DNA of 63,961 bases, filler included, from Octopus bimaculoides (taxonomy: Eukaryota), in the NCBI RefSeq assembly GCF_001194135.2. It is 4 parts of 4 records of this genome, joined end to end, with 100 filler letters (N's around TTAATTAATTAA, not from the genome) between each part and the next. Parts side by side here need not be neighbours in the genome. Positions count along the whole stretch, not along the records: positions 28,559 to 42,397 come from NC_068996.1; positions 42,498 to 62,857 come from NC_068992.1; 2 more parts are not named here. The stretch is one strand, 5' to 3'. The translations under genes and the position numbers were made by a program. This document shows, piece by piece, positions 32,928-45,892 of the stretch. The notes below the pieces were generated by a model. It did no database searches and was not told the DNA's origin. It saw only the letters and a program-made list of their open reading frames with translations. Position 1 is the first letter of the stretch, and every line of letters begins with the position of its first letter.

Positions 32928-34103
32928 CTGCAGTTTAGTGAATATTTGCCTGTTAATTCTAGCAGGTCAATTAACTTAATATGTAGTTCTCCTACTTTTT
33001 ACGCAAATAACTATAAGTATATTAATTTATTATGCTAAAATATTGAAATTAAGTTATAAACATATTTAAATAATTTTATATATCATCTGGGAAATAAGTT
33101 TTTATAAATCATTTTATAATTCACCTGTTCGGGCATTGTCTTTCAGTTTAATAACGTCTCTTCATGTTTTCGCAAAACTAAGTCTAGCTTTTAGATCATA
33201 AAACAATACCTGTTACAGCACTTGAAAAGAAAAATCAATGACTATTAAAGACTATAAAAAAAAAAACCATAGGATACCGAATCAGTACGTTTGGCGTCAT
33301 CATAATATTGATTTGTTTTATTGTTGTTGTTATTCGTTTATTTATATGTATATGCAAATACATAAAAAATATATGTCTGCGCGTGCTTATTTACTATGTG
33401 TTTATGCGCGCGCGAGCGTGTTTAGGTTTCCATTAAAAGTTTCTGACTGAAATTTTCATTACTGTATGTTTCAAAAAGGTAGAANNNNNNNNNNNNNNNN
33501 NNNNNNNNNNNNNNNNNNNNNNNNNNNNNNNNNNNNNNNNNNNNNNNNNNNNNNNNNNNNNNNNNNNNNNNNNNNNNNNNNNNNNNNNNNNNNNNNNNNN
33601 NNNNNNNNNNNNNNNNNNNNNNNNNNNNNNNNNNNNNNNNNNNNNNNNNNNNNNNNNNNNNNNNNNNNNNNNNNNNNNNNNNNNNNNNNNNNNNNNNNNN
33701 NNNNNNNNNNNNNNNNNNNNNNNNNNNNNNNNNNNNNNNNNNNNNNNNNNNNNNNNNNNNNNNNNNNNNNNNNNNNNNNNNNNNNNNNNNNNNNNNNNNN
33801 NNNNNNNNNNNNNNNNNNNNNNNNNNNNNNNNNNNNNNNNNNNNNNNNNNNNNNNNNNNNNNNNNNNNNNNNNNNNNNNNNNNNNNNNNNNNNNNNNNNN
33901 NNNNNNNNNNNNNNNNNNNNNNNNNNNNNNNNNNNNNNNNNNNNNNNNNNNNNNNNNNNNNNNNNNNNNNNNNNNNNNNNNNNNNNNNNNNNNNNNNNNN
34001 NNNNNNNNNNNNNNNNNNNNNNNNNNNNNNTATGTATATATTTATATATATATATATGTATATATTTATATATATTATATATTTATTTATATATATATAT
34101 ATC

Positions 34104-34154
<51 letters not shown>

Positions 34155-34519
34155 ATATGTATATATATGTTGTGTACATGCACACACATGTATATATATA
34201 TATACGTTTGAGTTTTTTCTCTAAGCTCATTTTGCTTAAATTATACAAATTACGAAGGCCATAAGCATGTTCTAATCTATTTTGCATAGCACAAGACAAT
34301 TGATAACAGCTATTGAGTCACAAACATATGTTCAAACCTGCTCTCTTATCTCAAACCCGTCCTTCTCGTCAATAATATGTCAATTTTGGAGAATTCTCAA
34401 GAGTTATTCTTCTTCGCTTATTTTAGTTTACGCACATATATACATACGTAAATACTTAGATATATGCATACATGACAAACCCAAGGGTTCTTTTTCGTAT
34501 ATATGCATATATCTTCTAC

Positions 34520-34708
34520 TTTTTTACTTGCTTCACTCATTTGACTGCAGCCATGCTGGAGCACCAACTTTAGTCGAACAAATCGACCTTGGGACTTATT
34601 CTTTGTAAGCCTAGTCCTCATTCTATCAGTGTCTAAACCGCTAAGTTATGGGGACGTAAACACACCAATATCGCTTGTCACGCGATGGTAGTGGAGAAAC
34701 ACAGACAC

Positions 34709-34782
<74 letters not shown>

Positions 34783-34935
34783 ACGACGGGCTTCTTTCAA
34801 TTTCGGTCTACTTAATCCAGCCGCATGGCTTTGGTCGGCTCGAGGTTATAGTAGAAGACACTTGCCCAAGGTGTCGCGCAGTGGGACTTAACCCAGAACC
34901 ATGTGGTTGGTAAGTAAGCTTCTTACGACAAAGCC
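34520..34935 (-). mobile_element. Abundant microsatellite-containing SINE
   Basis: Reverse-complement match to 21362-21750, with an expanded (TA)n. Confidence 0.85.
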
Positions 34936-34944
34936 ACGTCTGGT

Positions 34945-35160
34945 TTCTGAATTTGGTACCAGGCCAAATTTAGAAACCAGAGAGAGAGGGTTAAGTCGAT
35001 TTCATAGACCCCAATGCTCAACTGGTACTTATTTTATCGGCCCCGAACGGATGAAAGGAAAAATAGACCTCCGTGGAATTTGAACTGAGAACGAAAGACG
35101 GTCTAAATGCTGCTAAACATTTTGTCAGAGGCACTAACGACTCTGCCAGCTCGCGGCCTT
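34945..35160 (-). mobile_element. Meta/MESC-domain-type SINE
   Basis: Similar to 29561-29773 and 45893-46105. Confidence 0.8.
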
Positions 35161-35253
35161 ACAGTATTTATATAGTGAAAATCAAAATACTTACATTGTT
35201 TAAGCTTGGATTTAGCACGGGGAGAATATCTATAGGACGTAGATACTTTAATA

Positions 35254-35385
35254 TTAGAAAGCATCTAAGTGGTCACAAAGCCTCCTAGAATTAGCCAGCA
35301 AATCTCCCAGATGTGCTCTTCTCTTCTTTGCGACTTCGTTGTTCAGCTCTTCCCACAGATCAGCTCTAAAAATTACTCTAGCCGT
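35254..35385 (-). mobile_element. Possible Tc1 transposase C-terminal fragment
   Basis: ADLWEELNNEVAKKRRAHLGDL resembles the Tc1 ENLWxELKRxVxxxxPxNLxxL segment. Confidence 0.35.
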
Positions 35386-35393
35386 GAATATCA

Positions 35394-35469
<76 letters not shown>

Positions 35470-36000
35470 TGTAAGGCACAGTTTATCCAAACATCATGTT
35501 ATTCAGTGTGTTCGCTTCTATTAAGAGACTAGTGATGTTAAGTGGCTGCTTTATCTAGCATGCTGATCAACCACGTAACGGTTCTCTCTTGTATCGCGCT
35601 ATTCCTCTTTTTTTCTTTTTTCTTTTTTGTTTCGATGATATTTTCTGTTGTGGCGTTGAATGGCAGAATTAAGTGAAGGCACATTAATTTGGCCGCGCAA
35701 ATTGGCAATCGTTTTAGCAATACTTTTAGTGGGCTACAAAGCTAACTTTTTTCATCTAAACATTGACAAATGAATGTAGTTCATATTGTTCTCTCCAGTT
35801 GATCTAATGTTGTCTAGACTCTAATTAACCTTAATCGAATACACCTATCATCATAGAAGTTCGGAATATTATTTACCTACCTTTTATTCGTACAGAATAC
35901 AATTTAAGGGACATTGTCCTGTTAAATCAGATAGGTCAAGTAAATTATATCTGGAATGTGGATATTTCTTTTTTCCAGTTCAACATACGTAAACTTTAGT

Positions 36001-36500
36001 ATTTTTTTTTTCCTAGTTTCAGCTCAGAGCTGCGGCCATGCTAATGCACCGCCTTTTTGCTACACTGTTATTACGGGGAGCCTCCTACAATATGTGGCAC
36101 TTGGTGAAGAATGGAGTTTGATTTAGCAACCCTCATTTGCACCTCTTGCCGTGAGGTAGGTTCATCTGGGACTCTCGACAGGAAGAGGTCCAGCTTTGAT
36201 TAAAAGACCCCTACATCAACTTTGTGCAGGTTCCTCAGGCTCTTTGGGAGAATATTAAAAAACTGTGGGCCCCCGAAACCCAAACTATTGCAGTAACTGG
36301 TCCTGAAGCGCGATGGCATTGCTGGGATCTTTGGCACTATGCAGTGTCGTCCCGTTCTGGCATTGGTGTAGCTTTCAATGCCAAAATTTGGCACAGTTCC
36401 TTCCAGGATCTTCCAGATGTATATTACTGCATACCTCTCCCGCCTTCTCTCCAGGGAGTAGAGTCTTAGCTGTTTCAGCCTTTCCCAGTAGCTGACCAGT
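36001..36500 (-). mobile_element. CR1-group LINE 3' end
   Basis: SYWERLKQLRLYSLERRRERYAVIYIWKILEG...FNILPKSLRNL...KLDLFLSRVPDEP, then a short 3' UTR and A-rich tail. Confidence 0.9.
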
Positions 36501-36846
36501 TATGCTGACTAAAATTCAAAAATCAAATTATAAACACCATGTTAGGGGTAAATTAGGAGTAGATGATTTCACCTAACATCTGAAAAACTAAAATATGTTT
36601 TAATTAATCATTCGATAATTCACCTGTTCGGGCATATTCCTGCAGAACTACGTCTAGCTTTTAGATCATAAAACAATACCTGTTACAGCACTTGAAAAGA
36701 AAAAAAATCAATGAGTATTAAAGACTATAACAGAAAGATGTAGAATACAGAACAAGTACGTTTGGCGTCATCATAATATTGATTTGTTTTATCGTTATTA
36801 TTTGTATGTTTGTTTCGATATGCGCGTACATATAGGCCAATACAAA

Positions 36847-36890
<44 letters not shown>

Positions 36891-37787
36891 TGTGTGTGTG
36901 TTAGTGTGTGTGTAGCTACTAGACGTCACATTTGTAGCAAAAAATACGTTGCTTTGTTTATTATAGAAATGTGTATATGTGTGAATATGTGTATGTACAT
37001 GTATATGTGTGCGTGTGAGTATGTATGTTCCTTAATGTACATACACACATATATGAATATGTGCATATGTATACATATATATACATACAAATGCATACAT
37101 ATGTACATACATACATACATACATGCATATACAAATCCATGCATACATATATACATACTTGCATACATAAATGCATACATACGTACATAAATACATACAT
37201 ATATACATACATACATNNNNNNNNNNNNNNNNNNNNNNNNNNNNNNNNNNNNNNNNNNNNNNNNNNNNNNNNNNNNNNNNNNNNNNNNNNNNNNNNNNNN
37301 NNNNNNNNNNNNNNNNNNNNNNNNNNNNNNNNNNNNNNNNNNNNNNNNNNNNNNNNNNNNNNNNNNNNNNNNNNNNNNNNNNNNNNNNNNNNNNNNNNNN
37401 NNNNNNNNNNNNNNNNNNNNNNNNNNNNNNNNNNNNNNNNNNNNNNNNNNNNNNNNNNNNNNNNNNNNNNNNNNNNNNNNNNNNNNNNNNNNNNNNNNNN
37501 NNNNNNNNNNNNNNNNNNNNNNNNNNNNNNNNNNNNNNNNNNNNNNNNNNNNNNNNNNNNNNNNNNNNNNNNNNNNNNNNNNNNNNNNNNNNNNNNNNNN
37601 NNNNNNNNNNNNNNNNNNNNNNNNNNNNNNNNNNNNNNNNNNNNNNNNNNNNNNNNNNNNNNNNNNNNNNNNNNNNNNNNNNNNNNNNNNNNNNNNNNNN
37701 NNNNNNNNNNNNNNNNNNNNNNNNNNNNNNNNNNNNNNNNNNNNNNNNNNNNNNNNNNNNNNNNNNNNNNNNNNNNNNNNNNNNNNN

Positions 37788-37866
<79 letters not shown>

Positions 37867-37882
37867 CATTATCATAATTATA

Positions 37883-37958
<76 letters not shown>

Positions 37959-39363
37959 TTTCTAGGAAGCGTTCTATGCCTTGTTGTTACAAAGATAATC
38001 TCAGCTAAGCGAAGTTTTTTTTAGTTATATTACACCGTATTTAGAAACACAGAAACATTTATTGTAAAATGAAATAGCAACGTTTAATTTTAAATACTTC
38101 TTTTATCTGAAAAATATTCATTATTTTACTAATATATTGAAATCCTTAAAATAATATAAATAAGCAAATGCTTCTTGGGGAGCCGAATAATTTCATCTTG
38201 AGAATGTAATCGTTTAATTTGTGGAAGATATATCTATCAGCCCGGGAGAAATTTTGAGACACGTTATTTGGCTAGTCACTGGCAAGATAATACAAAATGT
38301 GAATAATCAGATCGTTGATAACTGAAGAAAATATTGATTGAAAGATTGATCTACTTAGTTTGTTTACTGGGTAGATGCTTCCTGGGTAGTTGTATCCTGG
38401 TTGTGTCCTGGGCGCCAAACAAGATTTTAAAAAGAACAATTATTGAATAAGGTGGTTAAGGCACGGAATATTGCTTCCATATCTGCAATGCACGCATTCT
38501 AGATCGGCTTCAGAAAAAAGTCACGTGATTAGTATTGAATTACTCAGACATTGTCCAGTCACTCACTCGTAGATTTACTGTTCTCCAACCTCTACGCTCA
38601 GTTCTTCCTCAACAGAGCGTCATCCGTCTGAAATCTCATCTCTGCGAATATCTTTCTCCGACGTGGTACACTTGATACAGTTAATAGAATAGTAGAAGCA
38701 TCGAGCTTACCAGTATGAATGTCTTCCAAATATCATGAGCACTGTTCCCCCTTATTTGTGTACATCTCTGGCAGCATGTCTTTCTGCATACTCTCCTCTT
38801 TGTCATTCTCCCTCACAAGATACGTGTGTATTTATATATTTGAATGTGGATATATATATAAGTTCAAATCTTTAATTCAGATCTTCACAAATTTAGCACG
38901 TGGTAAGCAATTTCACAGTTAGGTACATCTAGCAACGCAGTTTTCATCGAGAACTTTCTTAGATTTTGTAAGTTCCAATTCTGACCATGTCGCAGTAATG
39001 CTGTGCAAGTTTGGTTCTCTGAGAAACCAAAACCATAAAAAAATTTTGTTATTGGTGTGGCAAAGTTTCATCTTTCTTGGTAAAAGAATACCTACCTTGA
39101 TTAAAAGATTCTTTAAATTATATATGATTTGGGCTTAGAAAAGGAAATGTATTCCAAGAATAATTTTGAACAGTATTCTAATAGGTAGATGCAAAACTGC
39201 AAAAATTGTACTAATAATTATCGTTTAGTGTTAAAATTTATTATGGATATGAAAGCTACATGCATGTGCAACACCAGGTGCAGCCTACCCAAGAAGAAGA
39301 AAAACACATATCTTGTGTATGTGTGTTCGATTTCGTCAACATTGTTTATATATATGTGTATAT

Positions 39364-39658
39364 ATATACTGTTGTGTCTGGGGAGAGTCGTTTTCTTATA
39401 GTACCTTAAAATTTAACACACTCACCGGTAAAATTTCCACTTATTTCTTATTTTTATTTTCCTAAAATTTTCGTTGCGTCTTGCAACCTTTTCAATAGTC
39501 TTGACTCTGTTCATTGAAAAGACTATTGAAACGGTTGTAAGACGCAACGAAAATTTTAGGAAAATAAAAATAAGAAATAAGTGGAAATTTTACCGGTGAG
39601 TGTGTTAAATTTTAAGGCACAATAAGAAAATGACTCTCCCCAGATAAAACAGAATATG
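39364..39658. repeat. Long inverted repeat (about 140-bp arms, 16-nt loop), Penelope-like inverted terminus
   Basis: Arms 39364-39502 and 39519-39658 are reverse complements with few mismatches. Confidence 0.9.
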
Positions 39659-39659
39659 C

Positions 39660-39742
39660 TTCAACACAGGAAATCACATAAAAAAATCTTGCAAACCAAT
39701 TTTCCAAAACGAAATATGTATATATATATCTGTGTATGCATA

Positions 39743-39783
<41 letters not shown>

Positions 39784-40080
39784 AAGAATTCACAAAAAAA
39801 CAATAGACTAAGACAGGTGGTGTAGAAAATAAACAGATGTATTAGTTTAAGCTCGGAAGTGAAAAAGTCTTTAACGTTTCGAGCCTACGTTCTTCCACAG
39901 AAAAGAACACAGAAAGAAACAAGGAGAGAAAATAAAGAATGCGTAGTAGATAGCGATCTATCATGGCGAATGCCGGACAGAGGGGTCACACAGGAGAGCT
40001 AGGAAGAAATGGAGATAATAAAGTAATGGTGATCCCGAAATGAAGGTGCGCGTGCGTCAGTATAAGAGAGCATGTATGTG
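39660..40080. mobile_element. Penelope-like pseudo-LTR sequence with hammerhead-like relic
   Basis: Continues from the hairpin's right arm; minus strand 39869-39904 reads CUGUGGA-A-GAAC-GUAG-GCUC-GAAAC-GUU. Confidence 0.5.
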
Positions 40081-42348
40081 CGTGTGGAAGAGAGCTGGTG
40101 ACCTTGACGTGTGAGTGTGTGCGTGTGTAGGTTTGTGGATGATGTGAGGCTGGGAAGTGGTCAGAGCTAGTGTGTGCGTGGTGGTGTGATGTGATGTGGT
40201 GCTGTGTGGTATGGAGGTGTGTGATGTAGTGTGGAGTGGTAGTGTTGGGATGTGGGGGACGTAAGAGTGGGGAAAGCAAGGGTGGAGTGTGGGTTAGGCT
40301 GAGGGTGGAGATAGAAGTCAGGTATGTGGAAGTGTGTGTAAGAGATGGAGTGGTGGTGAAATGGGATGGATAGGGAAGGTGGGGTTGGATTATTTAGGGG
40401 TGGAGTTACGGAGAAGGGGTGACGATGAAGGGAGAGGGGAAGGGAGAAGGTGGGTAGGAATGAAGAGAAAAGAGAAGGAGAGTAGGAGTGAAGAGAAGAG
40501 GTAGGAGTCGGAGCAAGAGAGGAGAGGTGGGTGGGAGGAAGTAGGTGTGAGAGGAAGTGAGGAGAGGGGAGGAGAGTTGAGCTCATGTGACGCAAAGGAG
40601 CGAAGAGAGAAGATTAATATACATGCATATATAAATATATACATACATACTTATATCTACATATATATGCATATATCAATATANNNNNNNNNNNNNNNNN
40701 NNNNNNNNNNNNNNNNNNNNNNNNNNNNNNNNNNNNNNNNNNNNNNNNNNNNNNNNNNNNNNNNNNNNNNNNNNNNNNNNNNNNNNNNNNNNNNNNNNNN
40801 NNNNNNNNNNNNNNNNNNNNNNNNNNNNNNNNNNNNNNNNNNNNNNNNNNNNNNNNNNATATATATATATATATATATATATACACATGCATACTTACAT
40901 ACATATACATATATGCACATCTATATATAGATATGTGCATATAGATATAAGTATGTTTACATATAGAGATGCATGCACATGTATATAGATATATGCTCAC
41001 ATATAAACATACATGAGTCACTCTATACTATACGCGCGTATAACATGCATTTATAAAAGACAAAAATACATTGAAGATAAAAGATATATATGTATATGTA
41101 TAGATTGTATGACTGTGTATATATTTACATGAACGTATACGCATTTCTATTTGTGTGGATTTCTATGAGAAATGGGTAGTAGTCGGCGATTTATTGCATT
41201 AAAGTGTGGGAGAAATAAATATGTTTTCCTTTTGTGGTTGTGTAAGTGTATTGTGTATATATATATATATATATTTAAGTGTGAGAAAGAGAATATAATT
41301 ATTGTTAGTTCTAAAGATATAAGAAAAATATTGAATTAATTCATAGTGAACTTGTTACTTGAAATTTCCATGGCAATGCGACAATTTTTCGTGTAAATAT
41401 TAAGAAATAAAGACGAATTTTAACCGGAAGCAGCTCAATCTATTGTTTAATGAAAGCGATTTCCTTGACAAACAGAAAACATCTTTTAAGATTTTGAAAG
41501 CGCGTATATTTTCTATATTTGAAAGTAGAACACAGCCAATTGGTAAACATACGTGAATCTATAATGATAATTACTATTAGAAAATATTATCTCGATATTT
41601 TTACTACGCTTAGATACTAATTTTTATGTGGTGCAGTCGTAGTAGTCGTATGTAAATATACACTCTATGAGTATGTATTTATATGTCTGTAAGTATGTAT
41701 GTGTGCATGTATGCATACATGCATGCATGCATGTATGAATTTATGTGCGTATGTATGTATATATATATATTTGTATATGAGTTTGCGTACATATGTATAT
41801 ATGTATGCATGTATGTATGCATCTATATATATGTTTGTATATGTAAATATGTCCGTACAAATTTTTATATATTTTCAAATAATGTGTCGATGGCTGCAGT
41901 TATAATGAAAAATTATGGGCATCTAGACAAAATATGAGGTTATGAATGCATTTTAAACAGGATTATAATAACATAAGATAATGGAATATCTCATAGAATA
42001 ATGCATGATTGTGGGGAATTGGTATTGTCTCATTAAATCGCAATATACAAGAACATAGTACACTAGAAAGTAGAGTTTATTTATGAATAAATTATTTCTG
42101 AAGTTATGGAAATGTTACAAATCAAATGATTGTGTAAACGAGATCGTGATTGGACATACGTATACATATGTACTGCCGCTCAGTGTGTAAAGGAAAAATA
42201 CGCTTGAAAATATTATGTACCTGAATGTAGGTATTTATGTATGTATTATGTAAGAATGGATGTATGCGAGGATGTACAAGTATGTAGGCATTATGTATGC
42301 ATATATATATGCATACATAAATACATGTAAGTATATACGTGGGTATTT

Positions 42349-42397
<49 letters not shown>

Positions 42398-42738
42398 NNN
42401 NNNNNNNNNNNNNNNNNNNNNNNNNNNNNNNNNNNNNNNNNTTAATTAATTAANNNNNNNNNNNNNNNNNNNNNNNNNNNNNNNNNNNNNNNNNNNNGTG
42501 AATACTTATTAATTTGATAAACAAATAGATGCATATACAATGCTCTAAATTACTCAGTAGTAGAACATTTTGAAGAAAAATCATAAAGAACATGTTTGCA
42601 TACATTCCAATTCCTATAGAAAGTAACTCTCAATATAAGCTAAAAATCAAACCCAAAGTAGGAATTAGCTTCAAAGGAGAACTATGGCTGAAGAAATTTA
42701 TAAAATTGCTCAATTAGACAACCGTTCACTGTTTTTTG

Positions 42739-43860
42739 TGAGGAAGAAATGCAGTGGAATCGCAGGAAGACTGCCAGAAAGATGGATGTTTTATGTGAAG
42801 AAGAAATGCAGTGGAATCGCAGGAAGACTGACAGAAAGATGGATGTTTTATGTGAGGAAGAAATGCAGTGGAATCGCAGGAAGACTGACAGAAAGATGGA
42901 TGTTTTATGTGAAGAAGAAATGCAGTGGAATCGCAGGAAGACTGACAGAAAGATGGATGTTTTATGAGAAGAAGAAATGCAGTGGAATCGCAGGAAGACT
43001 GACAGAAAGATGGATGTTTTATGTAAGAAAGAAATGCAGTGGAATCGCAGGAAGACTGACAGAAAGATGGATGTTTTATGTGNNNNNNNNNNNNNNNNNN
43101 NNNNNNNNNNNNNNNNNNNNNNNNNNNNNNNNNNNNNNNNNNNNNNNNNNNNNNNNNNNNNNNNNNNNNNNNNNNNNNNNNNNNNNNNNNNNNNNNNNNN
43201 NNNNNNNNNNNNNNNNNNNNNNNNNNNNNNNNNNNNNNNNNNNNNNNNNNNNNNNNNNNNNNNNNNNNNNNNNNNNNNNNNNNNNNNNNNNNNNNNNNNN
43301 NNNNNNNNNNNNNNNNNNNNNNNNNNNNNNNNNNNNNNNNNNNNNNNNNNNNNNNNNNNNNNNNNNNNNNNNNNNNNNNNNNNNNNNNNNNNNNNNNNNN
43401 NNNNNNNNNNNNNNNNNNNNNNNNNNNNNNNNNNNNNNNNNNNNNNNNNNNNNNNNNNNNNNNNNNNNNNNNNNNNNNNNNNNNNNNNNNNNNNNNNNNN
43501 NNNNNNNNNNNNNNNNNNNNNNNNNNNNNNNNNNNNNNNNNNNNNNNNNNNNNNNNNNNNNNNNNNNNNNNNNNNNNNNNNNNNNNNNNNNNNNNNNNNN
43601 NNNNNNNNNNNNNNNNNNNNNNNNNNNNNNNNNNNNNNNNNNNNNNNNNNAAGAAGAAATGCAGTGGAATCGCAGGAAGACTGACAGAAAGATGGATGTT
43701 TTATGTAAGGAAGAAATGCAGTGGAATCGCAGGAAGACTGACAGAAAGATGGATGTTTTATGTGAAGAAGAAATGCAGTGGAATCGCAGGAAGACTGACA
43801 GAATGATGGATGTTTTATGTGAGGAAGAAATGCAGTGGAATCGCAGGAAGACTGACAGAA
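42739..43860 (+). repeat. 57-bp tandem minisatellite (about 6 units, gap, about 3.7 units)
   Basis: Unit GAAGAAGAAATGCAGTGGAATCGCAGGAAGACTGACAGAAAGATGGATGTTTTATGT with near-identical copies and no spacers. Confidence 0.95.
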
Positions 43861-44701
43861 AATTCCTTGAGGAATTAACAGAGAAGCTTGGATTTGGTCA
43901 TTCAACCATTCATCGACACCTGCGTGCCATCAGAAAAGTCTGCAATTTGAATCAATGGGTTCCTCACAAACTTTCCGAGTACAGTCGTGCGCAGAGAGTG
44001 ATTGCATGGTCTTCTTTGCTGTCACGTGTCACGAATGAATCTTTTTTGGGGACCGAATAGTGACTGGTGACGAGAAATGTGTTCTCTATAAAAATGTCAA
44101 GCGACAAAGACAGTGAATAGGGAAAGGAGAAACACCAACAATCCAGGCTAAAGAAGGTCTTCACCCACGTAAGGTTTAGTTATCTGTCTGATGGGATATG
44201 AAAGGTTTAGTCCACTTTGAGCTTTTAAACCCAGAACAAATGATAACAAAGTAGTGCAGTTTGAGCGGCTTAAGTCAGCGCTAGAAGAAAAACTATCATC
44301 TTTGGTTTCAAGCTGAAAGGCGTTCTTCCATCAGGATAATGTTCGGCCACATAGAGCGAGGATGACATTCCACAGGCTGGAGCAGCTTGAATGGGAAACG
44401 ATGCCCCACCACCATATTCACTGGACATTAACCCATCTGAGTATCATTTATTCCGCAGTCTTCAAAATCATGTGGACGAAAAAAATATGAATTCTGTTGA
44501 CGAGGTCAGAACAGTACCGGAGGAGTATTTTTCATCAGGGACAAGTGAATTTTGGAAGAGGAGCATTGCAGGTCTATCAGATAAATGGAAGAGTATTGTA
44601 GAAAATGAAGGAGAGTATATCTTAGATTAAAAAAGAATTTTTTTATCTTAACTTTGAAACATACAAGTATTAAAAAACCGCATTATTTATGGGATGACCC
44701 A

Positions 44702-44704
<3 letters not shown>
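43861..44704 (+). mobile_element. Mariner transposon 3' part (HTH2, DDD domain, 3' TIR)
   Basis: EELTEKLGFGHSTIHRHL, QWVPHKL, IVTGDEK, HQDN, PPYSLDINPSEYHLF, GEYILD*; TIR ...CATTATTTATGGGATGACCCAATA|TA. Confidence 0.93.
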
Positions 44705-44754
<50 letters not shown>

Positions 44755-45675
44755 ATGTCCTAGTCCTTATATGTATTCGGAAATGATTTTGTATTATTCA
44801 AGTTATAGGAATTCTGAGATAACTATAATTTGTAATGGAATATCTATTTCGAAAACTACTCAGGTTCTTCAATCTTTACATAAATATNNNNNNNNNNNNN
44901 NNNNNNNNNNNNNNNNNNNNNNNNNNNNNNNNNNNNNNNNNNNNNNNNNNNNNNNNNNNNNNNNNNNNNNNNNNNNNNNNNNNNNNNNNNNNNNNNNNNN
45001 NNNNNNNNNNNNNNNNNNNNNNNNNNNNNNNNNNNNNNNNNNNNNNNNNNNNNNNNNNNNNNNNNNNNNNNNNNNNNNNNNNNNNNNNNNNNNNNNNNNN
45101 NNNNNNNNNNNNNNNNNNNNNNNNNNNNNNNNNNNNNNNNNNNNNNNNNNNNNNNNNNNNNNNNNNNNNNNNNNNNNNNNNNNNNNNNNNNNNNNNNNNN
45201 NNNNNNNNNNNNNNNNNNNNNNNNNNNNNNNNNNNNNNNNNNNNNNNNNNNNNNNNNNNNNNNNNNNNNNNNNNNNNNNNNNNNNNNNNNNNNNNNNNNN
45301 NNNNNNNNNNNNNNNNNNNNNNNNNNNNNNNNNNNNNNNNNNNNNNNNATACATACATACATACATACATACATACATGCATACATACATACATACATGC
45401 ATACATACATACATACATACATACATACATACATACATACATACAAGTAAAAGAGAGTATATATGAAGAGATGCTCCTCTTATCTCTTTACTGATAACGA
45501 CGAATTTGTTTTGCCTCATGTGTGTTATCGTTTTCTTAAATCATGATATAATTTCTCTGATTGTGTGTTCGTTGAGTGTTTTGATTTTTTATCGATTTTA
45601 TCTTACAAACAAATCAAGTGTGTAAATATGATTTCTTAAGGACATATCACAATGTTTGTTGATTTGTTTGAGCGA

Positions 45676-45721
<46 letters not shown>

Positions 45722-45726
45722 GTGCT

Positions 45727-45757
<31 letters not shown>

Positions 45758-45892
45758 GCGTATGTTGTATGTGGTTTCTTTTATAATAATTTTTCTCTGC
45801 AATAACTTTTTTAGATTATATATATTTGCTTTATTTTCATTTTTAAATATCAACATTTTTATTCAAGAAATGACATAGTACGTTTTATTAGT

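Noticed and set aside
36810-38008. Long YI/CV/HT/poly-Y/poly-T ORFs (likewise 40547-41021, 44654-45519, 50168-52822)
   Set aside because: They are translations of microsatellites and N gaps.
40167-40644. Pro/Ser/His-rich minus-strand ORFs
   Set aside because: Purine-rich low-complexity tract next to Penelope-like sequence; no domain signal.
42739-43860. Regular repeat array as a CRISPR or a repeat-protein gene
   Set aside because: Units are contiguous with no unique spacers, there are no cas genes and the context is eukaryotic. The 458-aa ORF depends on an estimated gap and has no expression evidence.
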